64,000 nucleotides of DNA from Mobula hypostoma (Eukaryota). The position numbers and the translations under genes were made by a program. The notes beneath the pieces were generated by a model, which saw only the letters and a program-made list of their open reading frames with translations, searched no databases and was not told the origin of the DNA. The DNA lies in NCBI RefSeq assembly GCF_963921235.1, contig NC_086097.1, forward strand, positions 164,922,001-164,986,000, in the 5' to 3' direction. Shown piece by piece: positions 1-14,164 of this stretch (the stretch's first letter is position 1; every line of letters starts with the position of its first letter).

Positions 1-734
1 TGCCACAAAACAACAAATTTCATGACATATATTTGTAATAATAAACCTGATTCAGATTCTGATCAATAATGTGGTAGTAGGAAGTTTCATTAAAATTACA
101 TACGTAATTGAAAAGCAAATGCAACATAGTGTGATGACAAGCCATGTCAGAAACAAAGGGGCTCTTGTTCACAGTCAGACTACAATATAATGTGTAATGT
201 CACCAGCTTGTTGACGAAAACAAGACAGATTCATGCATTATCAAATGCAAGCATTTGATCATTGAAGGTTGATACAGAGCTGTGTCGATACAGACCTGCT
301 ATTAAGACCCAGATCTTATGTTGCATTGAGCTAGACAATAACAGTATGTCAAGGAGGAGGTTAGCAGGTAATTGAACGCATTGATCACCAATCATTAAAC
401 TAATGAATGAGCCAAATGACTCACTGGGAAGTTTGATCTGCAAACTCTAATGAAAGAAGACAATAGAAATACCAAAACTGAATACAGATAGAAGCTTAGA
501 AATTATTCTTGCTGATAACGATGAATGCGTAATGTGTCTCTTTGAATTTTCTACATTTGCTAATTTAACAGGTGTATTGGTGAAGCCAGGTTGATGAAGA
601 CTTATTCTGGCCTTGCCAGATGAACATATTGCACTTTGCATGACCCAGCTGTCCCATGAGACATCGTAGTTAAGGGCCTGGATGTACCTCAGCATCTTTG
701 CATTGCTGAATCCACGTTAATTTGATGATATACG

Positions 735-833
735 GTCCTGGTGAAGGGCCTCGGCCCGAAACATCAATTGTTTACTCTTTTCCATAGATGCTGCCTGGCC
801 TGCTGAGTTCCTCCAGCATTTTGTGGGTGTTGC
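735..833 (+). mobile_element. PLE pLTR fragment
   Basis: GTCCTGGTGAAGGGCCTCGGCCCGAAAC...GATGCTGCCTGGCCTGCTGAGTTCCTCCAGC. Confidence 0.8.
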
Positions 834-834
834 C

Positions 835-1050
835 CCTATTTTAATCCTAGTTTAATCACAGGACAATTTTAATGACCTATTAACCTACCAATCAGTACAT
901 CTTTGGTCTGTGGGAGTAAACATGAAGACCCAGATTTAACACGCGTGGTCACGGGGAGAATGTACAAACTGCTTATAAGCAGTGGCAGGAATTGAACCCA
1001 CATCGCTGGTATTGTAAAACGTTGTGCTAACCACTACACTACTATACTGT
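835..1050 (-). mobile_element. tRNA-derived SINE (V-SINE-like)
   Basis: Minus strand has A-box GTAGTGTAGTGGTTAGC, B-box GGTTCAATTCC and a V-domain-like GTTTGTACATTCTCCCCGTG. Confidence 0.72.
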
Positions 1051-1054
1051 CTCA

Positions 1055-2105
1055 CAGAGGAACTCAGCAGGTCAGGCAACATCTATGAGAAGGAATGGAC
1101 ATTGATGTTTTGGGCTGAGACCCTTCATTAGGAATGGAAAGAAAGTGGACAGAAGCCAGAATAAAAGCAGAGGCAGAGGGAAGACCACAAGCTGGTGGCT
1201 GATAGACGAATCCAGGTGAGAGGAAAAAGGTAGGAAGGAGGGATGTGACAAAGATGTGAGAAGCTGGAAGGGGATTGGCAGAAGAGGGAAAGGAATGAAG
1301 AAGAAGGAATCTGATAGGAGAGGACAATAGACCATGGAATAAAGGATTTGGAATCAGAGGGAGGGAAGGTGTGGGTGATAGACAGGTTGTGAGGGTGGAG
1401 GTGGGGGAGAGAAGGGAAAAAGGGCCAGAGGGATAAGGGAAAACAGTTTGGGTGAGGGGAGGTGCAGAGGGATGGAGGGGACTGGTTACTGGATGAGAAA
1501 TTGATGTTGATGCCTTAAGGTTGGAAACCATAAAGGTGGAGTATGAGTTATTGCTCCTCCCATCTGTGTCTGGTCTCGATGTGACAGTAGAGGAGGCCAT
1601 GGATAGACATGTTATGGTGGGGATGAGAATTGGATTAAAGTGGCTGGCCTCTGAGTGATCCTGGCTGACACAGTGGATAAAGAAAATGTGCTCAACAAAG
1701 CACTCCCCCAATCTGCATCAGGTCTCACCAATGTAGAGGAGGCCACCGGGGAGCAAACAGGCCTAACAGATTCAGATGTGAAATGCTGCCTCACTCAGAA
1801 GGACTGGTTAGGGCTCTGAATGGTAGGGAGGGAGGTGGTGTAGGGACAGGGCTGTAGGAATAAGTGTTTGGTGGGATATGCAAATGTTGGGTGAAAGGTG
1901 AATCTAGGCCTGTTCATATTCTCACCATCCGCCCACCTTTCCTTCTGGCTTATGCCCTCTTTCTTTCCAGTCCTGATGAAGGGTCTTCGCCCAACACATC
2001 AACTATTCATTTCCAACCATCATTTCTGCCTGACCTGCAGAGTTCCTTCAGCATTCTGTGTGAGTTGCTTCAGATTTCCAACATCTGCAGAATCTCTTGT
2101 GTCTG
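1055..2105. mobile_element. PLE fragments in inverted arrangement (1055-1870 minus, 1905-2105 plus)
   Basis: GIY-YIG remnant MRQHFTSES...LGECFVEH on the minus strand, with pLTR motifs at both outer ends. Confidence 0.8.
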
Positions 2106-3310
2106 CAAAAGGACTTGGACAGGTTGGGAGAGTGAGCTAAAAAATGTGACAGATGGAATTCAGTGCAGAGAAATGTGGTGTTATGCATTTTATTAGAAGG
2201 AATAAAGGTATAGACCACTTTCTAAATGGAGAGAGAGTTCAAAAATCAGACGTGAAAGGAACTTGGGAGTCTTAGTTCAGTATTCCCATTAGGAATCTCT
2301 TTAATTTAACTGGCAGACAGAGTTAGTAGTAAAGAAAGTAAATACAATGTCAGACTTCATTTTGAGAGGACAAAAGCAATGGAAATACTGCTGAGGCTTT
2401 ACAATGCTTTGGTCAGAGCGCATGTGGAATATTATGAACAATTTAAAATTCAGGACTGACGGGGGGCAGAAGTGAGTGTGGTTGCTATTACTAATGAGAA
2501 TGTGCTTAAGAAGCTGAAAGATCTGAAGGTAGATAAGTCACCTAGACCAGATGGTCTACACACCAGGGTTCTGAAAGAGGTAGCTGAAGAAATCTTTCAA
2601 GAAACACTAGATTCTGGAATGGTTCCAGAGGACTGGAAAATTGCAAATGTAGCTCCACTCGTCAAGAAGGGAGGGAGGCAAAATAAAGGAAATTAATGGC
2701 AGTTAGTCTGACCTCAATGGCTGATAAGATGTTGGCGTCTATAACTAAAGATAACGTTTCAGGGTACTGAGAAGTGCATGATAAAGTAGGCCAAAGTCAT
2801 CATGGTTTCCTTCAGGGGAAATCTTGCCAAACAAATTTGTTGGAATTCTTTGAGGAAGTAACATGCAAGATAGACAAAGGGGAGTCAATGGATCTTGTTT
2901 ACTTGGATTTTCAGAAAGTCTTTGACAAGATGCTGCACACGAGGCTCCTAAACAAGATAAGGGCCCATGGTATTATAAGAAAGCTACTAGCATGGATAGA
3001 AGATTGACGGACTGCTAGGAGGTAGTGGGAATAAAGGGAGCCTTTACTGGTTTGTTGCCAGTGACAGTGTTCCACAGGGGTTGGTGTTGGAACCACTTCT
3101 TTTCACTTTATATGTCAATGATTTGGATGTTGGAATAGATGGCTTTATGGCAGGTAGTGTTGAGGAAGCAGGGAGTCTGCAGAAGGACGTAGACAGATTG
3201 GGAACATGGACAAAGAAGTAGCAGCTGGATTATAGTGTCGAGAAGTGGATGGTCATGCACTTTGATAGAAGGAATAAAGGCTTAGATTATTTTCTAAACA
3301 GGGAGATACA
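2106..3310 (+). mobile_element. Two adjacent CR1 ORF2 fragments
   Basis: KSPRPDGLHTRVLKE, PEDWKIANV, HGFLQGKSCQTNLLEFFEE, YLDFQKVFDK. A more C-terminal fragment lies at 2106-2445. Confidence 0.88.
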
Positions 3311-3701
3311 TGACTGTTTATTCATATTCATAGATGCTGCTTGATCTCAAGATCTACCTTCCACCAATTTGTCCATCTTTATTGTGCTTGCCAATGATGA
3401 ATGAGTTTGTTGAATGGACAGGGAAGGAGAAACAGGAGGATCTGTTAAAATATAGAAATGCAATGGATGAATGCAGCAAGGAATCTTTGTGTCAATTCTT
3501 GATCAGCACAAGGCAAGTATAGAATGTAATAGAAAGCTAACAGAATGAGATTGCTTATTGCTAGTAAAACTACGTACAAATGTAGGGAGCTTGTGCATCA
3601 GTTTATAGCACATAGGATAGCCATCAATTATACTCTGTGCAGTAGTGGTCTCCTTAGTTGGTACAATGAAAATAGATCCAAAATGCTTTGTTAGACTAAC
3701 A

Positions 3702-3900
3702 ACACAAATAAAAGTTGCTGGTGAATGCAGCAGGCCAGGCAGCATCTCTAGGAAGAGGTACAGTCGACGTTTCAGGCCGAGACCCTTCGTCGGCCTGAAA
3801 CATCAACTGCACCTCTTCCTAGAGATGCTGCCTGGCCTGCTGCGTTCACCAGCAACTTTTATGTGTGTTGCTTGAATTTCCAGCATCTGCAGAATTCCTG
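3702..3900. mobile_element. Palindromic PLE pLTR insertion with 14-bp TSD
   Basis: About 81-bp inverted arms (3700-3780 / 3790-3870) around a 9-nt loop. Direct repeats TTGTTAGACTAACA at 3688-3701 and 3901-3914. Confidence 0.88.
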
Positions 3901-4834
3901 TTGTTAGACTAACATCTGGTTTGGGCAGTATGCCTTATGAGGAAAGGTTTGTGTCCTCTGCAGTTAAGAAGATTGAGAAGTGACTTAACTGAAATATTTA
4001 CGATCCTAAGAGGACTTGATAGGATGGATGTGGAAAGGATGTTCCCACTTATGGGAGAATCGATAAAAAGAGATCCACTGTTTAGAAGTAACAGGTTGTC
4101 CATTTAGAATATTTCAATGAGTTTGTTACATCTTTCAAAACTCCAGCAAGTATGGATCTTCCGTACTCAATCTCTCCTCAGAGAACAATCTCCTCATTCC
4201 AGACATCACCTCAAAGACAAATACATCATTCCCTAAATATGATAGCCCACCTGTGCAGTTCCAGCAAACTTCCTTGCTCCTGTAATCCAACAATTTGTAA
4301 TGATGACCAACCCATTGATTCTTACCGCTGAATCTGCATGTTAACATGTTAACAGCTGTGCTTCATGTTCTCAGACACCAAGTTCCCTCTAAAAGCAAAC
4401 CTAATTTCTCATTGTCTAATAAACATTGACACTGGAGTCAAGATGAAAGCAGCAATGCGTCTTGCTGATCTCACGAATTGATTCCCACAAGAATATCATG
4501 ATTTCTGTGATGACTTCACTTCTTTTTTCAACATTCACCAACATCAATTGTAAGTTAAGCACTTAACAACAATGATTTCATCACGTTGGAAGAATATTCA
4601 TATCAAAGAACTCCAGTAACACTGGGTAATCTTTAATTTATTTTTATGTATTAGCTGAATTAAAATTGGAACTCATATGTATGATTAAAGAATATTGAAA
4701 CATTTTGAAAACACTGTTAAAGAAAACAATATATATCAAATTTCTGTGCATTTTCATAACTCATGTACAAGTGCTAAAATATACACAAAATTTGATTTTT
4801 GTGGCCACATGGATTGCTAAGTATAGAAACATAT

Positions 4835-7800
4835 TTTCAGATCTGCACATGCAGACACATGCCAATCTCTACCCAGATAATAGGATCACCTGCCACTGAT
4901 TTCCAACTCATCACCTGCAGCCTATTTAAACCCAGCTCTCATCCATAATCCTTGTCCACACATACAAACCAGCCAGCTCAACCAGTTGCTCCTAGCTTTT
5001 CAGTTGCCTTGTTGCCTCTGAGTTTAGTATCTGTTCTCGCTTGTTTTGTGGCCCTGTGCGGCTTGCTACTCTGCAGTTTATTATTAAAGTCATCATTCAC
5101 AGATGAATCATCTCCACTGCTCTGCATTTGGGTCAAACCTCCTCTATATTGCCTGACAGGATGGATGCATCAGTGATTGACCAGAAGAGACTGCTTGCAT
5201 AAAGGAAGTCATCCATCGACAGGAGCACACAATCCAGAAGCAGCAGGAAGACATTGACCATCTGCTCGCTACTCTCAACCAACTCTCCTTTTTATCAGAG
5301 CAACCCCACACCAGTTAACTTCCTCCCTCAGAGTCTCAAGTTCTGGTGCCCAAACATTTCAAAGTATCTCCAGCCGAATGCTGCTACTGCCTATCCCAGT
5401 GCACCTTACCCCGAGCTCCAGCTATCTCTGTATTCTGTGGACTGAGCCAAGATTACTTAGTCATTTCTCTCTTGACTGACCAAGCACTGGCCCGGGCTGC
5501 CACTAACTGAGACAATAAAAAACACCCATTTTCAACCAATATGAAGATGCCACTGCTGAGATGCGCTGGGTTTTTGACTATTCAGGAAGTGGAAGGGAGG
5601 TAGCAGATCAGATATTTCACTTGCTTCAAGGCTCACAGTCAGTGCTGGATTACACGTTGGAATTCAGGACCTTCACAGTGGAGTGCAGCTGGAATGCGGA
5701 AGCACTGCTGACCCATTACTATCACAGCCTGTCAGAACACTTGAAAGATGAGCTATCTACTTGGAAGATGCCTACCGACCTCGAAAGCCTCATCACCTTG
5801 GCCCTCTGAATTGACACTGGCACTCTGGCTGAATTGAAAGCCTCATCACTCTGGCCCTGTGAAATGACCCTCCAGATCATCAGCCAGAATCCAGATCCAT
5901 TCCCAGAAACATTTCAGGCTGCAGGACCCTCCTGAGCAACACCTCCAGAACCCATGCAGTTAGAGTTCTGAGCTCCCTTAACCCCCAAGAGAGTGAGCGT
6001 TGGTGGAGAAACAACTTGTGCACTTACTGTGGAGCCAACAATCACCCACACATCAAATGCCTTCAGTGTCTGGGAAAAATGCACCACCGGGTAGAGATGA
6101 AGAGCTTTCTATCTGGTAATCACCTCTGGTCTCTCTTTCCGGCACCCTTTCTGTACTCCTCCACAGCCCAACGGCTCTACACACAAAGGAGACTCTGGTG
6201 GATTCTAGCACAGCCAGCAAATTTCTTGACTGGACTCTGTGTGTGCAGCTTGCACTCCCTACTGAGACTATCTCTCACCATTTTGCATCATAGCCATTGA
6301 CAGACATCACTTAGGGTCTGGGATGGTCAGAACGGGCACACGGAGAGCACCAGAAGTCCATCCAATTCCTCTTTATCAAGTCACCCAACAGTCCTCTCAT
6401 CCTAGGTTACCCCTGGCTCTTCACTCATGACCCTTGCTTCCCCTGGTCACCTGGTTCACTGCTGAGTTGGGGACCAACTGCCTGCAACCTCAGCTGACTT
6501 TACCCCGCAAATCTATGGAGACGGAGTAAACTTGACCTCATCAAACTCCCACAAGAATACCACAACTTAGCCATCTCCTTCAGTAAATTGGATGCCAGCA
6601 CCCTGCAGCCTCACAGACCACACAACTGAGCGATTGACCTCCTCCTGGGCACCACCTCCCCCTGAGGTCATCAGTTCTCCCCTCCTGAAACCCAAGCCAT
6701 GAATGACTACATCACCGAAGCACTACAGCATGGCTTCATTCAACCATCCAGTCCCCAGCTGTTACAGGATTCTTCTTTGTAAAAAAAAAAGGGAGTTTTC
6801 GTCCCTGCATTGAATACTGGGGACTCAGCAAATTCACCATTAAGAACCGCTACCCTCTCCCCTTGATGGATAGCACATTCAAAACTCTCCATGGGGCCCA
6901 GATCATCACCAAACTGATCTGCAGAGCACGTACAGCCTGATTCACATCTGCCAAGGGGATGAGTGGAAGACGGCATTCATAACACTCACTGGCCACTATG
7001 AGTACTTGGTGATGCCCTTTGAATTTTAAAGCAGTCCAGCTATTTTCCAAGCCTTCACTAATGAGATCTTCCAAGCCATGCTACATATGTATATGTTTGT
7101 CTACCTTGACGTCATTTCATCTTCTCAAAGGACCCCCCGGACCATGTTTGTCACGCCCATTCAGTCCTTCTGTGTTCTCTTGAAAACCAACTGTACTGCA
7201 AGCTAGAAAAATGCCAGTCCACACCCCTGTCATTTCTTTCCTGGGTTACATCCTTTTACCCCAAGGCATAACCATGGGCTCAAAGAAAGAGTGCACTATC
7301 GTTGAATGACCCCGTCTACACTGCTTCAGACAACTACAGTGCTTCTTGCGCTTCTCCAACTTCTACTATTGGTTCATCATAAACTACAGCCAAATTACTC
7401 TTTCTCTCACCTTCCTCACCAAGTCTCCTACCTCACAGATAACCTTGTCTGCTGCCATGGACCAGCTTCCAAGGAGCTCAAGAGACTCTTCACCACCACT
7501 CCTGTTCTCCTCCATCTCAACCCCTCCAGACCTTCCGTGGTAGAGGTGGATGCATCTGACACTGGCGCTGGGGCCATCCTCTTCCAGCGAGGAGTGAACA
7601 GCAAGACATACCCCTGTGACTTCTTCTTGTGCAAGTTCAACTCTACAGAGTGCTGTTATGGAGTAGGAGACTGGGAGCTATTCACCATTGAGTGGGTCTT
7701 GGTCAAGTGGAGCTGCTGGCTGATGGGAAACACTGAGCCCTTCCAGATCTGGACTCACCTCCAGAACCTCATATCCATGCAGCAGACCATCAACTCTAAC

Positions 7801-9194
7801 AATGTCAGGTTCGCTGGGCCAACTTCTTCGAGCAATCCTACTTCATCATACCCAGCTCCCTGTCAAGACAGTTCAACCCAGCAGGAATGGATATTGATCC
7901 TCAGCCTATAATGCCATCCACCTAGGTCTTCACCGTGATCATCTAGGACCTTGAGAATCAGGTCTGCCAGGCCCTCCAGCACAACCCTGCTCCGGATAAC
8001 ACACCAGACAAGTGTAAGTACATGCCTGCAGCCATGTGCTCTGATACACTCCAGCAGGCCCACTCTTCACCCAGCTCCGGGCATCTGGGTACACAGTGGA
8101 CCCTAGAGTTTCAGCGATGCTGGTTTCGCTGGCCCACCTTGTTTGAGATATGCATCAGTTTGCCACTGCCTACCCTCAATGTGCCCAGTCCAATTCCTCC
8201 AACCAGTGGCCATCTGGGCTCCTGTGGCACCTGCAGATCCCTCAATGCCATAGAACCCACATTGCCATGGATTTCATCTCACAACTGCCACCTTCCGATG
8301 GGGCCATAGTGACAATGACAGAAGTGGACCGTTTCTCCGAGGCACCCCACTTCATTGCTCTACCCAAACCTCCATCAGCCACTGAGACTGCAAACATGGT
8401 TCTTCAAGTTGTGGTTTGCATCCACAGCTTTCCCCAGGATGTTGTGTCAGACCAGAGCCCATAACTTGTCTCCAACTTCTAGCAAGCCTTTTGTGCCCTC
8501 CTTTGCATCTCAGTGAGTTTGTCCTCAGTCTATCATCCGCAGCCAACTAATCAGTCAGAGAGTGCCAATCAGCAAGTTTTTCCCTACTGAGAAGCCAATG
8601 GTGGAGGTCCTGTCTGCCAGGTCCCTGGTTTGCCAATGCCAAAATGCTTGGAAGAGGGCACAGGGGCCATCCTAATTGCCAACTTTGCCTACTGCCACCA
8701 GTCTAACCGTTGGCAGCATGCAGCCAGAGTACTTCAGCCTGGGGACAATGCTGGTTGTCCACCCTAGATCTGCCCATACTCACCGACTTCCACAAGTTGT
8801 CACCCATTCACTTACCATCTCCAGCTGCCATCGTCCCTCAGGATCACAGCTACCCTCCATGTGTCCTGCCTCAAGCTTTTTGTCCCTGAACCACTCAACC
8901 AACGGTGCCCGCACCTCCAGAACCAAGGTTGGTGGAAGGTGGTCCAGTGTGCACAGATCACTGGTTGATGGACTCACGTCATCGTGGATGGAGTGTGCAG
9001 TGCCTGATCTTGGGTGCCATTCAGTATCATCTGGGACCCATTGCTCATTGAGATTTGGGATTTCATGACCATTTGGGAGAATTCTGGGCCACCGTGGGGC
9101 GACTCTAGGAGGGGGGATCCCGTCAGACTGCATGGCAGGCACGTGCCAGTCTCTACCCAGCAAACAAGATCACCTGCCACTTCCAACTCGTCAC
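4835..9194 (+). mobile_element. Decayed Ty3/Gypsy chromovirus (sushi-like); 3' LTR truncated by a CR1
   Basis: 5' LTR about 4835-5158 ending TGACA. gag LLQGSQSVLDYTLEFRT with knuckle [35 protein letters not shown]. RNase H VEVDASDTGAGAIL. Integrase HIAMDFISQLPPS, VVSDQ. Chromodomain remnant (WVPFSIIWDPLLI). PPT AGGAGGGGGG and 3' LTR start 9121-9194 matching 4835-4914. Confidence 0.88.
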
Positions 9195-11666
9195 TTATAA
9201 GACCATAAGATTATAAGACATAGGAGCAGAATAAGGCCATGTGGCCTTTCAAATCTTCTTCTCCATTCAATCATGGCTGATCCTTTTCTCCCCTTCTTAG
9301 CCCCAATCCATGGCCTTCTCCTCATAATCTTTGATGCCGTGGCTACTCAGGAACTATTAATCATCTCTGCCTTAAATACACTCAACGACCTGGCCTCCAC
9401 AATAGCCTGTGGTAACAAATTTCACAAATTAACCACCCTCTGGCCAAAACATTTCTCCGCATCTGTTTTAAATGGACACCCCTCTATTCTGAGGCTGTGC
9501 CCTTTTGGCCTAGACTCTCTCACCATAGGAAACATCGAACAATTTCAATGAGGTCCCTCCCTCATCCTTCTAAATTCCAGTGAGTATAGACCCAGAGCCA
9601 ATAAACAATCCTCATATGATAACCCTTTCATTCTTGGGATCATCCTTGTGAACCTCCTCTGAACCCTCTCCAATGTCAGCACAACTTTTCTTAGATAAGA
9701 AGCCCAAAACTGTTCACAATACTCAGGGTTAGGCCTCACCAGTGCCTTATAAAGCCTCAGCATCACATCCATGCACTTATATTCTAGACCTCTTGAAATG
9801 AATGCTAACATTGCATTTGTCTTTCTCACCGCTGACTCCACCTGCAAGTTAATCTTTAGGGTGTTCTGCACAAGGACTCCCAAGTCCCTTTGTATCTCAG
9901 GTTTTTAAATTTTTCTCCCCGTTTAGAAAATAGTCTGCACATTTATTTCTTCTACCAAAGTGCATGACCATGCATTTTCCAGCATTGTGTTTTATTTGCC
10001 ACTTTCTTACCCATTCTCCTAATCTGTCTAAATCCTGGCAACAAAGCCATCTATTCCATCATCTAAGTCATTGAGCATAAAAAGAAGTGGACCAACACCG
10101 ACACTTACGGAACACCTCTTGTCAATAGCAGCCAACCAGAAAAGGATCCCTTTATTCCCATTTGCTGCCTCCTACCTATCAGCCAATGCTCTAACCATGC
10201 TAGTAACTTTCCTGTAAATCCATGGACTCTTAATTTGGTAAGCAGCCTCATGTGTGGCACCTTGTCAAAGGCCTTCAGAAAATCCAAATATATGACATAC
10301 ATTGCATCCCCCTAATTCATCCTACTTGTAATCTCCTCAAGTAATTCCAACAGGTTCTTCAGGCAAGATTTTCCCTTAAGGAAACCATGCTGCAATCTTG
10401 TCCTGTGTCACCAAATGCTCCATCACCTCATCCTTAACAATTGACTCCAAGATCTTCACAACCAGTGAGGTCAAGATAACCAGTCTATAATTTCCTTTCT
10501 TCTACCTCCCTCCTTTCTGAAAGAGTGGAGTGACACTTGCAAATTTCCAATCCTCTGAAACCATGCCAGAGTCCAATGATTCTTGAAAGATCATTACTAA
10601 TGCCTCCACAATCTCTACCACTACCTTGTTCAGAACCCTAGGGTGCAGTACATATGGTCCAGGTGACTTATGCACCTTTAGGTCTTTCAGCTTTTTGAGC
10701 ACTTCTCCCTTGTAATAGTAACTGCACTCACTTCTCTTCCCTCACACCCTTCAACATCTGACACACTGCTAGTGCCTTCCAGATGAAGACTGATGCAAAA
10801 TACTCATTTAGTTAATCTGCCAACTCCTTGTCCCCCATTATTATTTCTCTGGCCTCATTTTCTAGCAGTCCTATGCCCACTCTCATCTCTCTTTTATTTT
10901 ACTTTAAAAAGCTCTTTCTATCCACCTTGATATTGTTTGCTAGCTTGCTTTCATATTTCATCTTTTCCCTCCCAATGATTCTTTTAGTTGCATTCCGTAG
11001 GTTTTGAAAAGCTTCCTAATCGTCTATCTTACCGTTAATTTTTGCTTTGTTGTATGACCTCTTTTGCTTTTACATTAGCTTTGAGTTCCCTTGTTAGCCA
11101 CCGTTATACTGGTTTGCCATTTGAGTATTTCTTTGTTTTTGCAATACATTGACCCTGCTCCTTCCTCATTTTTCCCACAGACTCATACCATTGCTGCTCT
11201 GCTGTCACCCCTGCCAGCATCTCCTTCTTTGGCAAAGTCCTCTCTCATACCACTGTAATTTCCTTTACTCCACTGAAATACTGCTATGTCAGACTCTACT
11301 TTCTCCCTATCAAGTTTCAAGTTGAACTCAATCATATTGTGATCACTTTCTCCTAACTCTTCCTTTACTTTAAGCTCCCTAATCACCTCCGGTTCATTAC
11401 ATAACACCCAATCCAGTATTGCTGATCCCCTAGCAGGCTCAACAAACTGCTCTAAAAAGCCATCTTGTAGGTGTTCAATAAATTCACTCTCTTGAGATAC
11501 ATTACCAACCTGATTTTCCCAATTTACCTGCATGTTTAAATCTCTCATGACTAAAATAACAATTGTATTTTAGTCATTTTCTATTTCCTGTTGTAATCTG
11601 TGGTCCACATCCCAGCTACTGTTTGGAGTCCTGTATATAACTGCCATCAGGTCCTTTTATCTTGCA
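9195..11666 (-). mobile_element. CR1 LINE, 5'-truncated
   Basis: Minus-strand ORF fragments (SDHNMIEF, KSPGP, YLDFLKAFDKVPH, LVRPNPEYC) and a TCTTA-rich tail at 9195-9230. Confidence 0.93.
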
Positions 11667-14164
11667 TCCTTCTCACAATATACTTGTCTTTACTTACATA
11701 TTATGACACATGAGGAGGCCATTCAGCCCATTAGGTCCACACCGGTTACCAGCAGAGCAATCCCATTATTTCCTGGTGACACAAGAGAGAGATCTTTGCT
11801 GGAATTAGAAATGAAAAGCAAACTGCTAGAGGAATTCAACAGGTCAGGCAACATCTGTAGAGACAAAATGATGATTGACATTTTTGGTCATGATCCTGCT
11901 GATATCATGACCTGAAATGTCAACCAATGCTTTTTCTTCCACAGACGCTGATTGACCCCCTGAGTTCTTTCTTGTTTCCCTGAAGCCATTTCTTACATGC
12001 CCTTCAACTTCCATTTGATAATTTTGTCACTTACCACCACAAAGGCGTAATTTATAGTTGCCTGTTATGTCAATGAAGAAGCATAATTGAATTTCAATGC
12101 CTATATAACTAAATACTGGCAGAAGGGTCCGATATAGCAAACCTCATTCACATCCTGACTTAATGACATGTCTGACCAAGTATGGGTGCATATGCAGCAA
12201 ATCAGTAGCTGTCTTTGCTGCTCTGCCTTCATTTTTGCTCATTCAACGCCTTTCCCATTTTGCTAATTTAAATGGCTTCTAATAATATCTCATTAAGTGC
12301 ACAAATCTGCTTTACAAAGGGACACAGATGAATAATTTCCACCAAATTCAAAAGCTTATTTATAAATTAACTTGAGACGGAAATCATTCGGAAGTCTTGA
12401 AAATCCTTATAGAAAAAAATTATGCAGCACTTAGGCAGCCAAATGAAATTTAAAATAGAAGAATTAATGCCTGTCAAATTCTCTGATGCTATGTATGCTT
12501 TTCAATTCGTGCATAAAGTTTACAACTGTTATAACTATTGACTGTTACAGATATTTGTGTGATAGTGGGAAACTGATCAATAGCTTTTTTAAAATGATTG
12601 GAAATGGAAATTAACTGTTTGTTAAACCTCCCAGCCTACCTTTGCTGTGTCTTTATTTCATTTTCTGAATACATTTGAGTTATATGGGCAAAGTTTCCTC
12701 TTCACACTCGAGTGGATTGGTAATCAAATGGAGTGGATCCAAGTCCACTGCAAAAAAATGTCTGGGACACAGGAGACAGCCACGGCTGGAATCGGGAACA
12801 ATGAGCAATCTGCTGGTCAAGCAGCATCCGTGGGGGCAAAGGATTTATCAATTGCTAATTCCTTCACCCCGCTCAGACACTACTCTATCCAATGTGCAGT
12901 ACCTCTAGCAGATTGCTTGATTATTTGACTAATCCTGTGGATTGAGTTATTTCTTAATTACCCTTCTATAAATGTCAGAGTCATACAGCATTGAACTAGG
13001 CCCTTCAGCTTATTGGGTCCTGGTTGACAATCCTCAGATTCAGCTCTCTGTGCAGTCTGAGCAAATCTGAACTCAGAGTGTGAAGTGTGAAGAACACAAT
13101 TAGAACAGGAGTCAACCACCAGGCACCTCAAGCCCATCCTTCCATTCAAATTGATCATGGCTGATCTATGTTGGCCTCAACCCCTCTTTTGTGACAACTA
13201 CCCAAAACCCTTAAATCCTTGATCTTATCCATCTCCAGCTTAAATATATGTACTGTTCTGGCCTCCATCACTCTCTGAACAGAGAACTCCAGAGATTCAC
13301 TACCCTCTGAGAGAAGAAGTTTCTATGTACCTCCATTTTAAATGGCTTATTTTATAGTTAGTCCAATCAGTGTCCTGTGCAGATTCAACTTTAGCTCTTT
13401 TTTCTATGTGTGAACATTCTGAACTGGTTAATTATTTTTTGAAGTACGAACACTAGTGGAAACAATATATATTCCAACGTTTCAAAAATAAGCAACTTCC
13501 AAGCGTTTTTCAACTAATTAACCTCTGCTTTATTGCTATGCACCTTCTACTGCTCCTTCAGGATAGCTTTGAATAAATCACTGGTAATTGTACTACCAAG
13601 GACTCTGTTTGTGGCTGTGTCTTGCCTTTGAATGTGGTGAGAAATGTTCAGTCACTGAGCTGATCTTGTTTGTTAACCTTCCTGATGAATTGCAGAGAGC
13701 TTAAATTGTGATAAACATTTAAAGAGAAAGATCAATTGTACACGGTAGGCGGTGCTTTTCCTGAAAGTGTGCATGTAAAAGATAATTATGGAACAAAAGG
13801 ATTTCAGAAGAAAGAAGGGATATCTCATTGAAACTTAGCAAATACTTCCATAAGGATGTGGGGGAACCTGACTGAATCCTGATGAATTCTAAAAGTCCGG
13901 GATAGAGTGGACATGAAGAGGATGTTGCCATTAGTAGACAAGACCAGGATCTGAGGATTCAGACTCAGAATTCAGGGACTTCCCGCTGAAACTGAGGTGA
14001 GGAGGAATTTCTTCAACCAGGCTGTTGAAAATTTGTTACCCCAGTGGCCTGTGGAGGCCAAGTCATTGAGGGTATTTAAGGAAGAGGTTCATAGGTTCTT
14101 GGTTGGGAAGAGGGTTAAGGGATATGTGGAATGGATTTAATTGATTGAAAGGCCTAATCCTTCT

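Noticed and set aside
231..695. Two short minus-strand ORFs as host exons
   Set aside because: No recognisable domain and no consistent splice structure.
985..1050. tRNA gene
   Set aside because: The A/B boxes belong to a SINE head, with no intact cloverleaf.
12640..12747. Minus-strand exon candidate (TTTTTTTGCAG ... GTAGGC)
   Set aside because: Stops occur in all three frames and there is no recognisable peptide. Splice-like motifs arise by chance.
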